A DNA stretch of 64,000 nt from Octopus bimaculoides (Eukaryota): assembly GCF_001194135.2 (NCBI RefSeq), contig NC_068984.1, forward strand, positions 28,561,821 through 28,625,820. Direction: 5' to 3'. Shown one piece after another: positions 50,464 to 64,000 of the stretch (positions are counted from its first letter, which is position 1; every line of letters starts with the position of its first letter). The notes under the pieces were generated by a model. It ran no database searches, was not told where the DNA came from, and saw only the letters and a list, made by a program, of their open reading frames with translations. A program made the translations under genes and the position numbers.

Positions 50464-50662
50464 CCTTTTGTTATAGGCACAAAGCCTGAAATTTGGGGGA
50501 GGGGGACAGTCAATTACATCGACTCCAGTACTCAAATGGTACTTAATTTATTGATCCCGAAAGGATGAAAGGTAAAGTTGACCTCGGCGCAATTTGAACT
50601 CAGAACGTAAAGACAGACGAACTGCTGCTAAGCATTTTATCCAGCATGCTAACAATTCTGCC
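50452..50662 (-). mobile_element. tRNA-SINE (family of 12179-12730), tail-to-tail with the R4-like element
   Basis: gatcccgaaaggatgaaaggtaaagttgacctcggcgcaatttgaactcagaacg; bounded by (AAT)n on both sides. Confidence 0.85.
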
Positions 50663-53600
50663 AAATAATAATAATAATAATAATAATAATATTGGTTTCA
50701 AATTCTAGCAAAAGTCCAGCATATCAATATTCTTTGAAAGAGCCAGCCCTCTTTCGTAAAATATATTGTTGTAATGTGAATCTATGAACCTGACTTGATA
50801 AACAGCAGTGGATTTTCTACCTTTGTGTTCATTTCCCATGCAAAAGAGGTCACCAATGTTACACTTCCTATATTCTTAACCTTAACAAGCAACAGGTTGC
50901 AAGTTAACACAAAAGCGACATAATCCAATTGCACCACAAGTGCATCATGCAACCTTTTAGTTAGATTCAAAGGTTGACTAAGTGCACTCTTACTGCCATG
51001 GTAAACCTGCAGGAAATGGTAGCTGTATCAGTGTAATACCAGTTCAAAAATAAAGAAGCCAGTATGAGACCTGAATACAAAAGCAACAACCTTATTGACG
51101 ATGGCTTGTAGATCAGTATAAATGTTTTATATACTTATCGCAGTACTTTACTTCCTTCTAGCATTTGAATTTTAAAATTAGCTTGAATCAAACTATACAA
51201 CAATGAATCTAACATCAAGGAACAAACATTTGCTTTAAGAAATCATACAAATGTCCAAGTTTGTAAAACTTCAAGCTAATTCTAGCAGGGGAAAAGTATG
51301 CACTATGGGAGAAAAATCACAGCAGATATCTGGATATCATGACAAAGCTATCCTCTTCAGAGATGATGATGTTAAAATACTGCAACCTTATTCATTCCCA
51401 GTTGTCTTTCCTTTGATGTTCTCTAAAGAGAATCTGGGGTGTAGTTGAAAAAAGTGTGTTCCCAAAATATACTCCATTCTAATAGTTCAAGAGATCAATT
51501 TTGTCAGAAGTCTGTATTCTTGTGATCTATTTTAGTTCACAACAGTAATATTGATTACAGTCAGTGCTACCTATAATAGTCAATAACATTGTTAATGTAC
51601 TTTGGTCTCTTGAGGAATACTAGACTTAGGAGACTGGTGCAAGTAAGCACATGATTGCTTTTGCTTTTACTTGAAAGATTGCTACTGGTTCAATTGAAGA
51701 ATATTTTCACTCATTACAGAAGAGGGAGACAGAAGGAAAAATAAGATAAAATGAAATAAAAATGGAAAAGGGAATGTTAAAAATAAAGAAAGAACATTGT
51801 TAACTTGTAGACTTTCAGCTGTCACAAGCTAGAAACTGACATTCTTGTAAAGATAGCATGTCCTCATTTTGACTCAGATAAACAGCAGAATGTCAAAACA
51901 CATGTTTTCAAAATATGTTAAAAATGAGTGTTTTCTGGAGATGGATCAAACAAACAATTGAGCGGAGATTTTATACATCAAATATCAATACCATCAACAA
52001 AAACAAAATAATCAAATAATCCAATGTAAGAGCTCCTGATAAACCATTTGATTTGCTGAAATAGTAACTAATTTTCTGCAAAAATCACAGTTCATTTTTT
52101 TAAAACAGAGGGGCATATTGGAATATGTTGTCCTAAATGTAATATGCTGCACAATAAAACAAGTTATTAAGTCTAACATAATTGGTTAAAGCTTTTACTT
52201 GATTAAAGCTGAGTGAGCAATTTTTTTTCCTATTTTATGGTAGGGCAAACAACACCCAAAATTTATTTTATTTTCATAGGGTGAAGGGGCCTGTTAAACT
52301 GATGAGTGGAAGTTTGAGTTACCTCAAATCAGAGACCTAACTGGAGTGCACCCGATAGGGAACTCTCTAAAGTGAACTCTTTAATTTTAAGACTGAGTAT
52401 TGATTATTTGGTGAAGCTTTTTCTATCAGGTTGAGTGGTCTTATAAATGCTTCCTGATTGATCTGAGTGGTGGTTATAATATTTAGAGGTGTAATTGAAG
52501 ATAATGCATACAGCTTCAGCTGACCAAAGATTAGACTATGTACAGTGTTAGATGGCTAAACCTAACTTCAAGTCTTGCTATCAGCTGTGTTTTCCACATA
52601 CCTGTATCAAGAAATTTACTACAATGGTGCCATGTAGAGTATTTGGTCATATTACTGCAGAATAATCAATAACATTTGTAAAATACCCCAACTGAAAAAG
52701 CCTTTATGTAGTCATTTGACTGGCAAGAAATTGCAGCCAAATACCCCTCGGAATGGCTCCAACCATCTTAAATAAAAGGAATGAATAACACTGCTCTAAA
52801 TACCTTATTTCTGCAAAAAGAGAAGATGATCATGACTGGAAAGCCTTTGATCATAGGTATCTTTGATCAGAGTTGACCTGGGGCTAAACATCACATTGAT
52901 CCACACCTCTATGAAACAGATGTAAAGTTCTCTCTCCAATACATGATACACAAATTGATTAGAATAATCTAAGTAGGAGTAGTAGTAGCAGGTAATTGAA
53001 CTGAAATTGATTCAAGAAATTAATTAATATGATGGTAGAGTGAACAGAACAATGTTCTGATGAACAAATGAATTCATCAGAATTTGGTTTGGTTAAATAT
53101 AAATAATTTTGTAGATTTATCAATATCTAGCTGTCATGATACAACTAGAAATATAAATCCAGATCATGAGAATAAATATGATGATGATAATAATATTGCT
53201 TTTGATGATATATTTAGCATCTGAAAAAATTATAGTTGAGAAAGAAATTCAAAATTTTACATCTTTAATTAAAATGTCAGCTGTTTTGGTAGAGAGCAGA
53301 TATTGAAGAAGAAACTAAAGAGATTGATGAAGGGAATTCTTTCAAGAAATCTGTAAAAATTTGCATCGGCTCTAAGACCTGATTAAAATAGTGGGGTATT
53401 TCTTTCATATTAAGAACTAACATGTGATGTGATACAGGATAATTATTATCACCTTTACACATGCCACTGTGCTAATAACAGTATAAATGGAGGTCTTTGA
53501 TTGATTCCAATATTTTCAACATCAGAAATAACAATAACAGTTAAATATGGTGATTAGGGAAAATATTAGGAGTTAGTTAACATTGTTCTCCAGACTGAGA

Positions 53601-54347
53601 AAGAAAGGAAGATAACTCTGCAGTTTTTTGCTTCTTTACCTGTCATCAGCAGAAGTATAACCATCCTTGGTATACAGTTTAACTAGCAAAATGAGTCGCT
53701 CCAAAAATGTGCAAACTTTTGGAAGTTGGGGAAAATAAATAATTTTCTATTTAACTATTATGATGTTAATCAATTTTTTCTTTATTATGTTTATTTAAAG
53801 TTTATTGTTTTTACTCAGAGTCACATTACATGTGAAATGGGCATTGTTATCATAAACAAAAGATAAATGAACAAAGATAGAGAACTAAAATTTTGGACTT
53901 AAAGAATGCATCACTTTTACTTTTGGCTAAAACTTCAATTATTGATGGAATATTTTTTTTTTCTTTCATTTTAGTTATAAAACCTGAAGAAAGAAGCCAA
54001 GTAAAGGTGAAAATAAGAAACAGCTACAACGGAAACTGCTTGGAGCTTAGCCATAGCTTTTAGTCCTATGTACCTATTGTTTTTAACCTCTGACTAGAGC
54101 TAGAAGGCCAAGCACAAAAAAATTTTGTGTGTGGGTGTTTATAGATATACACTCATACATATATAAGACCTTATTGTATAAAATGCTCAGATACACATTT
54201 GTGTATATGAGTGCTCACACACATATATTAAATACACTTATATGTGTTAATACAGATTTATACACAGGAATGTAAATCGGTATGTGTGTGTGTGTGTGTG
54301 TGTGCATGCAAACAATACAGAAAGTGGACATAAAATGATGATGATGA

Positions 54348-54435
<88 letters not shown>

Positions 54436-55546
54436 TATATATATATATGCATACATGTATGTAAGTAAATGCGTATATGACAATGGCAAAAAAATCTCAT
54501 GTCCACTCAGATTACTAAGATATATATAAGTAAAGAAAGAAAAGGAAAATAAGTAAGGGTTATGAGTTGTTTGTCTTAAACTGGAGGAATGCCAAATCAT
54601 CAGTTCTTGGCTGAGGCCTTTGGATTTTGGTTGGGATACTTTGATGTATTTCGGAAGAAACTAATTACCTGAAGGCCTTCTTCCAATCAGCATTAACTTT
54701 ATTCTTTATCTTGTTAAGTTCTTTGCATTTTGCATCACATTTCTTTTTTAAAGTTTGTTCTGTTTGTTACATTTTTGCTTATTTCACCTAGTTTTAGTAG
54801 TAGTATGGCAACTATGCATTTAAAATCCTGGACTTGTGACCCATAAGTCATAAGTTGTTAATCAGCTGTAGGCACCGTACTTATCTTACTTCACTAAACA
54901 TAGATACACTTGTGTTCCATGGGCGACCTTAGAAGCAGTTACAATTCTATGAAGAGAAAGAAGTGTATGACATAATACATGATGTTTACATATTAATTAT
55001 TATCTCGTAATTTAATCTGGAGGAAAACGGTAGTTTCAAACCTTTCCATGTTTTCATAGAAAAGGTGATAGAAATAAGTGGTTTGAGTTAATATTCTTGG
55101 TGTTCAGCTCAGGTTCCTTATAAGAGAAAACCTTGATGGAGAATTGGGTAAAAGGGAATTGCCTAGCATTTAGTGAGTCATGGTTGCAGTAATGGGAAAT
55201 GAGGCCGCTGAAATTATAAGGTTTGGGATGAGAAATCAGTAATCTCTCAGAACAGAAAATATTGTAGAAGCAATCAAAGTAAAACATGACAGAAACAGCT
55301 TGGTAATGAGGTAGTTAGCCTCTATTGGATAACGATCAGTTACATTTGCATAAAGTCACAAATTTAAAATAGAGTTGGGTTATAATTGAGTAAATCAACT
55401 TCTAATACAATACTAGTCTGCATTCTATGACTGAAAATGAATGGAAAACAAAGATGATAGAAGAATTTGAACACAAAACTTAAAGGGATGTAACTAAACG
55501 TTGGAGAAGAATTGTAATTCATTATATATATATATATATATATATA

Positions 55547-55870
55547 CTAGCAGCTAAGCCTGGTTTCACCCGGTCAGTTTGGAAGATATGGCTATAAAAC
55601 CTGCTCTGTGTAAGCATTCAACTTGTTTGGGCATGCTTACGTTAAAAAACAATTTTAGAAGGACTTTTTTCGGTCAAAATGCTGAAAATAACTGACCAAC
55701 AAAAAAAAACAAAACAAAAGAACACCAACCAAGATTCAACCAAATCAAAAAATAAACCCAAATACTAAGTCATATCTTTCACAGATGACTGGAAACAACA
55801 TCATGCTTATTTACAGCTAACATGTGATGTTAAGACACGAGTACACAGAAACAGATACACAGACAGATAT
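55547..55870 (-). mobile_element. Possible Helitron remnant; 3' terminus at 55547
   Basis: Minus strand reads ccgggtgaaaccagg (imperfect hairpin), 8 nt, CTAG|t, the canonical Helitron 3' layout. The other end is uncertain. Confidence 0.45.
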
Positions 55871-56207
55871 ACATGAGGGTTCAATTCCTTAATCAACAAA
55901 ATTACTTGTACAATGAAGAAGCATGTAAGTGGCTGGGTGTTCAACAGACATGTCTCCTTAGTACAGTCATGAGACAGAATCAGATCGACAAAATATGTGA
56001 TAATGCAATATCTTGATATAATCCATCTAATAAGCTTCTGTAGAGTTCAGAGTTTCCATCTCCCTAATTTCACTTGCAAGGTATGGGCCAACTTAAGAGT
56101 ATAGAAAATTACACTGCTAGTCAGAGTGATGACACCCGGGACTTATTAATTATGAAGCTAATGCAGATATACATATTTACACATACACACACAAGCACAT
56201 AAATATA

Positions 56208-56365
56208 TTTTTCTAATGTAGGCACAAAGCCTGAAATTATTTTATCAACCCCACAAGGATGAAAGGCAAAGTCAACCTCAGTAGCATTTGAACTCAGAAC
56301 ATAAAGTTGAAATTCTGCTAAACATTTTGTTTGGCATAGTAACATTTCTGCCAGCTCACGGTCTT
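56208..56365 (-). mobile_element. Internally deleted tRNA-SINE (family of 12179-12730)
   Basis: ggcacaaagcctgaaatt..atcaaccccacaaggatgaaaggcaaagtcaacctcagtagcatttgaactcagaac. Confidence 0.75.
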
Positions 56366-57029
56366 ACACATGTGCATTAATACTATATGTATACAGTTTG
56401 AACTGCATAGTAAAGTGCTTTTTACTTTTACTATAATTTGTAGTCTAGGTCAATACCATATGTCACATCTTATTTAAAGTAATTTTTTTTATAATTTCTA
56501 TATATTTTTGGTGGTTTTCTGTATTATATTTTGATATAACTTTATTGAGATAGGTAGTCTTATTCCTGTATCACACAATACTACAGACATGTGAATAGAA
56601 CTTTGAAATATATGATAGCATATTTGATAAGAACTTCCATTAAAACAGTTTCAGTGTTTCTATCTGTATAAATAAATGTATGTACTGTACACACATGCAT
56701 ATGTGCATGCATACACATACACACACACACACACATGCACACACAGAACACTATAATGGTAATTATGGTCAACACAGGGACTGTAATACACAGAATAAAG
56801 AGGGTTCAAGACTACATAAGTACTATAATATAAATGACCAAATGTTTTGCAAAATAAGCTTCAGGAAAGTAGTCAGTCATCTGATCACCTAAATCAGAGG
56901 TCAAATCAACTTCATATTCACCAAACAGTGAAATAGACAAACAGCTGTGAATATTCAGTTTCTTCCTTCAGGAGAAAAATATTCTCTTCAACATAGGCTT
57001 AAGATTAATGACAAGATTAAGAACTACAG

Positions 57030-58790
57030 AAACCTGTAGACATAATTTGGAGAAGGAGCATATGGAAGCTGAAAATACTCCAGCCAGATGTAGGCCCATA
57101 GAAATATATGGTTACAGATATGTTGAGAAGAAAGATGCAAAAGTGACCTATTACATAGAAGGCAATTGAAAGTGTCTACAAGACAATTTGCTGCATGTTG
57201 CAAGCCAAACGTGTGGATGGAGCACGTTTCATCCTATCATGAAGTGACCTGAAAGCTAAGAGACAAGCTACAGAATAATATAAGAAAGTGAGTAGTAAGG
57301 AACAATATAAGGTAACTAGAAGGGCTCATAGAAAATTTACATCAGGTGAGTTTAGTAAAGAGAAAAATATAAAGTAAAAGATTTGCCAATGAACTGTGAA
57401 GGGAAGAAATATGTGAGGCATTCTGAATTACAAAACAATGTGTTGGTATGAATCAGGATATTGTAAGTGCAAAATATATATGAAATTACATAAGACAATT
57501 GCCTTCATAAATGTTGAGAAGAAATGCTACTAAGAGTGAGAAGTAAAGAACAAGACTACCTCAAGTAGACCCAACATATGACTTAATATTGAAATTAGCA
57601 GCTACATATTTGAAATGGGCATTAAGAATATAAAAGCTTGGAAAATAGTTGTTCAATCTGGGATAGTTGAGGAGATGTTTAAAATATTTGCTGAAGTAGG
57701 ACATGCACTAGTCATTTGCTTATTCAACCAAATAATACGGCAAGGAGGCATTCCCAATAACCAGTGTAATAGTATTATTAGAAGCTGCTATATCTATATA
57801 AGTGATGCTTTGCAAAGAGCAAGTACGGAAAGATCAAACTGAACCAAGCTGGTCCAGTTATAGCATAAAGAGTTATAACACAACGTTTTGGAAGAAAATT
57901 AGTTGAGATGTGATGCAATTAAAGTTTGTGTAAGGGTAGGGTACCACTGCTTCTTATTTTCCTAGTGAGACAGCCACAAATTTTCTCTGTAAAGATCAGA
58001 CAATTAGTCCTAGCTTGCCAGGCATACAGTGTACTCAGTGTAAACCAAGGGTGAACAACAAATACAGTGGGACCCAAGCAAACTTGCAGAAATGACTTTG
58101 TAATTAGTGGTTACACAAGAGTAGTTAACAGGAAGAGCACACATAAAATAAAGTCTTTCAAATGCTTAGATAGCTCTCAAGAAATAGTTGATAGAGTCTG
58201 TTATATAAAAAAACATAATTAGCAGGGAAACAATGTGTTTTAGAAGCACAGATGCCAGAGCAAGAACAGGGTAGGAAAATTTCAAAGAAACAGTACTTCT
58301 ATTAGCTACAAATGTGATTTTCTCTTTCAAGGAAGGGTAGACTGTATGATGTGTTTGTATGAAGAGAAACACTGGTATTGAATGAAAAAGTGCAAAGGAC
58401 TGAAATAAATGAAGCAGGTGTATTTCACTAGTGTATAATGTTTGTGTGTGAGAATGATAGGTCAAGTGAGCTGTGAGAAAAACTGGGTATAAGAGCAATC
58501 AGATGTAGTATGCAAGAAGGACAACTGATTTGGTACAGATACATGATGCATATGAAGGATGACATTTAGGTACAGGAGTGCCAAGCAACTTAAATCACAG
58601 GAACAAAGGAAAACAGGCAAAGAATAGTGAAAGCTCATTGCAGAAAGTAAAGACTTACAAAGGAGATAACAGAAGACCATAACAAGTGGCAAGAAGTTGT
58701 GCTATAGAACACCATACAACTGATAGCAGCCTGAAAGAACAGATAGGAAAGCTGGAGGAACAGAAGAAATACTCTAAAACAATAAAATTG
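57030..58790 (+). mobile_element. Long decayed RTE LINE ORF (linker, RT, C-terminus)
   Basis: IKNIKAWK..QSGIVEEMFKI...LFNQII.QGGIPN.QC.SII.SCY..DAL (RTE pre-RT), ST.AS.FLVRQ, later EIVDRVCYI..IISRE...TDARARTG*ENFKE; many stops. Confidence 0.75.
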
Positions 58791-60014
58791 AAAAGCACAA
58801 TTCATGATCTCTCTCTCTCCATATGTTTGTCAGCTTGTGTAAATACTGTCACTTAAGAAAGTGAATACATAAAGAGAAGTATTGTATCAAAATTTAGAGT
58901 TAAGATTAATGAGTTTAAGACTTCTTCAAGCAATATTAGTAGTTTTTATATGTATGTACATATACACACAAGTGTACATATTACTATTTGCAAGAATGCA
59001 TGCATTTATAAGTGAAAATGCATCAGTGTACATTCATTTGTAAGATCATGTATAGATGCCGGTTTATAGTAGTAAGAATATCTGCATGTATGTGAGTAAA
59101 TATGCACCCAGCGGTAAGGGATTATGTAGTTTATGTAGACTGCAAATTATTTTCTTGAAAAGCTAAGATGACTGATTGAAAATCCATTATGAGTGAGTAT
59201 TCACTTCAGTCTGATAAGTGAAGTAGTTAGAAATGACCAAAATACTTCCATGCATTTAATCTGGCTTGTAGGTTCTAATTACAGTGCTTAGTTTTTAATA
59301 GGTGAGTTAGCTTACTGTCTTTTTGGCATCACTATGATTATCATCCAGTAATATTGGTAATATAACTCCCATTTTCTTGTATGGACTGAATAGTTTCTAC
59401 TTATCAGCTATTCCATTAATTCTTGATAGTCTACTGCTATTTACATGCATATCATCATCATCATGTATCATTTGTTTAGTATTCATCTTTCAATAGTGAC
59501 ATGTCCATACATATGCAAATTACAAAATTTTTCTATGTGCCTCAATCTTTAATCATCCTATTCATGAAACTCAGCATTCTGAGGCTCTATTTATGGAACA
59601 TTCAGTTTTACTTGAATATACAAATTTATGAGAGAAAGAAATTAGAAATTTGAATTATATTCCTAAATGTGCATATATGAGTTGTTACAGAAAAGATTAT
59701 TATTTATTAAATATTAAAAAAATATTAATACAGATATAATAAACTTTTCTGGTTTAACCTTGTCTTGTTTCTAAAATGCTTATGAATGGGCTGTTCTTTG
59801 CTGCAATCAGATACTTCAGCTTAAATTGAACTTATTCAGACATCTGAATTTACAAAGACATTTTACTGCACCATAGAGTCAACCACTATAATAATGAAGA
59901 TGATGACAGCAATGTCTTATTCAATACTAGGGGAAAGGAAATGTGATGCCTTCATACCTTTCTTAAAATTATAAGTTAATGTAGATAACATTGATTATTT
60001 CAAAACATTATCTG

Positions 60015-60055
60015 CCTGCCTGTCTGCCTGCCTGCCTGCCTGCCTGCCTACCTTC

Positions 60056-60096
<41 letters not shown>

Positions 60097-60124
60097 NNNN
60101 NNNNNNTAGCTAGCTAGCTAGCTA
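60015..60124. repeat. Compound (CTGC)n(TATC)n(TAGC)n tetranucleotide repeat spanning a 10-N gap
   Basis: Directly visible. Confidence 0.9.
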
Positions 60125-60479
60125 CACACAGATGCAAATATAGAAAGGTAGACAGACAGACAGATACATATTTTGTACTAATGGTTCTGTTCAGAAGAAA
60201 TAGGAGGACAAAAGTGACTTTCTGTTTACCTAGACATGAAATTGCACAACTAGTCCATATCTCATTGCATACTAACTTCTGCATGTATAATTAACGAATG
60301 AATCAGAGTTACAAGTTAGGTAAGCTAAGTCTTAATTATAATATATAACAATTGTAATAGTAATAGTCTATGGCAATTGTCTTGAAAGACAATGGAGTTT
60401 TGCATCACTGATTAATTAAGATTCAGGTTGTAGCCCAACAGCTAATGAGCAAGTGCTTTCTCTATTCTTGTTGCCTTTT

Positions 60480-60880
60480 TCCCCAGTTGAACACAAGTGA
60501 TTTCTCTAAGGTGTGAACTTAGTCTCCCTGAAAGGCTTTCTTGAGTTACCCAGAAATCAAAAACATCTTTTGGGGCTCATTAATGAACTCCAGATTAGTA
60601 TGTTCGGTATCAATATGGTTGCAGGAATTAATAAAGTATCAAGGAATCTACTCTTAGTTTATGATAAGGTTTACTACCTCACCTTTGTCTCACAAGGTGT
60701 AAAGCTTTTAGCTTGGAATCTAACCTTGGACAGTGTCTCATACATGTACCCTCAGCAAAAGCCAGATAATCTCTGGATTTATTTCATGCAGGATTATCAT
60801 GCATCAAAGAAGTGGCAGAGGTACTACCTACTCTTTGATAAAATAATTAGTGTATTACAAGTACTTTTTTCATGAAAGTT
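60480..60880 (-). mobile_element. Possible decayed LINE fragment
   Basis: Loose by-eye similarity to the CR1-type EN-RT linker; heavily broken. Confidence 0.3.
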
Positions 60881-63534
60881 AAAATCAACTTAATGAGATT
60901 GGAATAATATTGTAGGGAGATAGCATGCTACTGTTTCTGCCATGTCTACTTAGCTGTCATTAATATCGGTAGCACTAATGATAAGAATAACAACATTCTC
61001 ATAATTAACTATAAGTCATTAGAAAGAGTGGGAGGGATATTTATATTTATGGCATTCACTTTATATCAATCACTACAACCCCTAACTGTCACTGGTACTA
61101 GTTCAAAAACAGCAAGACCATAAACAGCAATAAAAATATTCATATAGCCACACAGTCAGTGATTGTAATCATGAATGCAAACACATGTGCATGCACACGC
61201 ACAGACACACAACTGTATATATATGTGTGTGTATGTGTGCTTATATATGTCTTATATATGTATAAAACACACACAAGCACATATGTACTGATTTTCTTTA
61301 GTTAGACAGTTTTGAAGCTGTCGTTCCAAAAGTTTGGGTTATAAGGGGTGTCTTAAAAGTTAATTGATTCCATTAGCTGGTAAGTGATGACTGACACACA
61401 CTTTAGCACTTCAAAATATGGAAATAAATTTTCATTAGTCAATGATTTATTTACACCAAAGGAAAAATAAAATCCTTATTTAAATGTATTGAACCAAAAT
61501 ATCCTTTGAATAGTAGTAACATTTCAGAAAATTATGCCTGCTTTCAAGTAAAGATTGTGCATAAAAGTGATGACATGTAGTTTGCTGATGACTAGATAAC
61601 ATCAACACAAGCAAAGTAGATACATTTCTTGAAGAATGTGTCATGTCAAAGAACAACATCCATTATACATGTTGTTTTGTATTAGTATATTAAAAAAAAA
61701 CTCAAATACAGATACATTCAAAGTGATTTAAAAAATGTTACCATTTAAGTGCTTACATCTATTTATGGCTATTGTAAAGAAATATTTCTCTGGTAAAGAG
61801 ATTCTTCCTGTCAAAGGGTCTCCTTTAGACAATTGCAGTGTCTTTACATTTCTTTTCTGCTTTGCTTTCTTTTTTGATACAGGTAAGTAGAAAAGGACAC
61901 ACAAAACAAGGTACACAGTTTATAATATTAGTTTAAGGCTAGAAAGAAGTTTGGGGCAGTGGCTCTTCTTCAAAGAAAAGCAAAGAAAATCAGAAATACA
62001 CGTAACAAAAAACAGGAAGAGAAAATAATCCCATTGAACAATATTACAGAATTAGTCAAAGACGCATGGACACGTGTGTGTGTGTGTGTGTGTGTGTATT
62101 TATGTGGGTATGGGGGGGAGTTCAAATAGGTGTATGGGTGTGCATGCATTTCTATATAGAATCAATGGTGAATGGAAGAGAATGGAGAAAATATTAGATT
62201 TCAGTAAAGAGAAGTTTAAAGGGAGACAATGGGTTGGAGTCAGTAGTTATTTAGTAAAGGGAAATATATTTAATGTGGATATAGAACTACAGAAACAGGC
62301 TTAATGTGTATGGTGTACACATGCATGTGCACATAGGGCTGTGTGTAAGGTAGTGTACATATGTATGTATGTGTGTGTGTAAGGCAGTGTACATATGTAT
62401 GTGGGTAATGCAATGTATATTCATAAATGTTGTCTGTATATGCGTTTGTAGGTTTCCTTGAATGTATGTTCTGCAAGTGCACTGCAGTGAATGTGTGCAT
62501 CTTGTGTATGCTGTATTTGTTCAAATAGGTGTGTATGTGTGCATAGGTGTAAATACATGTAGTGTGTTGCTGTGTAATATAGTGGATAGAAATGAGGTGG
62601 TGTGTATATGTAGGAAACAGAAATGTAATAGTGTGTATTTATTGCTGCTATAAGTTGAACATCTTGGCATGTGTATCTGAGTTGTGTAGAAGTATGAATA
62701 TAGATGGATGTAGCAAGAGGAAATCAAAGTGGTTGTTAAGCCCATGTGAGTGAATTGTTTGAAAGTGAAAAATAAGCTGTTAATGTTGTAAGCATGATAT
62801 AGGAAAACCATGGTTGTAGAGGAATACGAATGACAGAGAAGTACCAAGAAGTATAGTTAATGTGTGGAAGTGACAATCTACAAATGTTCCACCTTGAAGG
62901 TGGACCAATCAATTTGTCTCCTTGAGCACCCACACCTACATGCAGCAGGCCTCAACTAGCTTTGTAACAAAAGGTTTAATACAAAATAAACAGTCAGCTT
63001 CAGAACAAGAGATGGTTGCACAGGAGAATTGATCTGTTATGTGGCAGAAGACATTATGTCTTCTTTGGATGGTAGTATTTAGCATGAATGAATAAATATG
63101 GATGTAGAAATAAGAATAGACAAAAAATTCAGGCTGAAAGTGTGGAAAACAGAAGGAATTGCAGACCAGTAAACTGAGATGAAGCATTCAGGTCAGAGAT
63201 AAAAAGTAATGGGAGTCTAAATAGATGAGTTGGAGGTGCAGCAAGATGTTGAACTTGAAAGGTAATACCAGCAGGAAAGAGAAATGAAATGATTGGTGGT
63301 GGGGCAGACACGCGGTAAAAAAGTCAGGTGTAACTGATAAAATATTGCAAACATAGACTTAGATATAATCTTCAAGAGTACTCATGTGATGTGAATCAAC
63401 AGACCATGCATCAAGACAAGGCATCAAAATCAGAATTGTGGCTAATGGCTAAAGACGTGGAGGAATTGGTAAGGAATGGTAAATTTGGTGTGGTGCATTA
63501 TTCCTGAAAAAATGGCTGGATGGTTATTATGACT

Positions 63535-63598
63535 NNNNNNNNNNNNNNNNNNNNNNNNNNNNNNNNNNNNNNNNNNNNNNNNNNNNNNNNNNNNNNNN
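63535..63598. other. Assembly gap with a 53-bp sequence duplicated on both sides
   Basis: 63482-63534 is identical to 63599-63651. Confidence 0.95.
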
Positions 63599-64000
63599 AA
63601 TTTGGTGTGGTGCATTATTCCTGAAAAAATGGCTGGATGGTTATTATGACTTGAATGCCTTTGATGAGACTAATCAATTAGGGCCAATTTAAGAAAACGT
63701 GTAAGCACTGCATGGAGAATTAAGTAAATTAATTATTAGCAAGTTATATGAAATAATATTGCAAATACAAATGATCACAAAATAGGAAGAAATATGTAAA
63801 TGATTTTCTTTCTGACTGATAGGTCAGAAAATGAAGTTTATCTTGTAAGTCTGTTTTAAATCATTTTTGAAATTGATTGATTCTATTCTGACGATTTAAT
63901 AAGTCTTTTATTGTTGGCATACAATAAATGTCGGAATACATTAGACAGTAAAATTCGGAACCCAAAGAAATTATTGAAATGATTATAACTATGAAAAACA

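Noticed and set aside
54663-54755. Exon-like minus-strand frame QTLKKKCDAKCKELNKIKNKVNADWKKAF ending at gtaatt
   Set aside because: The upstream AG has an A-rich, non-pyrimidine tract, the end phase does not fit the Ig exon, and the peptide is not Ig-like.
63482-63651. 53-bp direct repeat around the last gap
   Set aside because: Exact duplication on both sides of an N run is the signature of unmerged overlapping contig ends.

Overview
AT-rich, microsatellite- and transposon-laden animal DNA. The repeat families (tRNA-derived SINEs, RTE LINEs with (GAT)n tails) look like an octopus/coleoid cephalopod genome; this is inferred from recalled repeat sequences, not from a search. The only convincing host coding sequence is two phase-1 exons on the minus strand (41055-40906 and 34600-34472). 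They splice into one complete I-set immunoglobulin domain of a lachesin/DIP/IgLON-like cell-adhesion protein; flanking Ig exons were not found. The rest is intron-like: RTE, CR1/L2-like and R4/Dong-like LINE fragments, many SINEs, a full-length decayed mariner, hAT- and piggyBac-type MITEs, Helitron/Helentron-like remnants and five N gaps. Best second-look items: (1) an in-frame tandem duplication of the whole 3' splice site of the second Ig exon, which could add an 18-aa Cys-rich insert; (2) a perfect 48-bp inverted repeat in the intron splitting the Ig domain; (3) a ~280-bp-arm foldback interrupted by a younger RTE; (4) a candidate 36-nt symmetric microexon; (5) two apparently identical young RTE 3' ends 37 kb apart. 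Degraded repeat boundaries are approximate and all alignments were done by eye.
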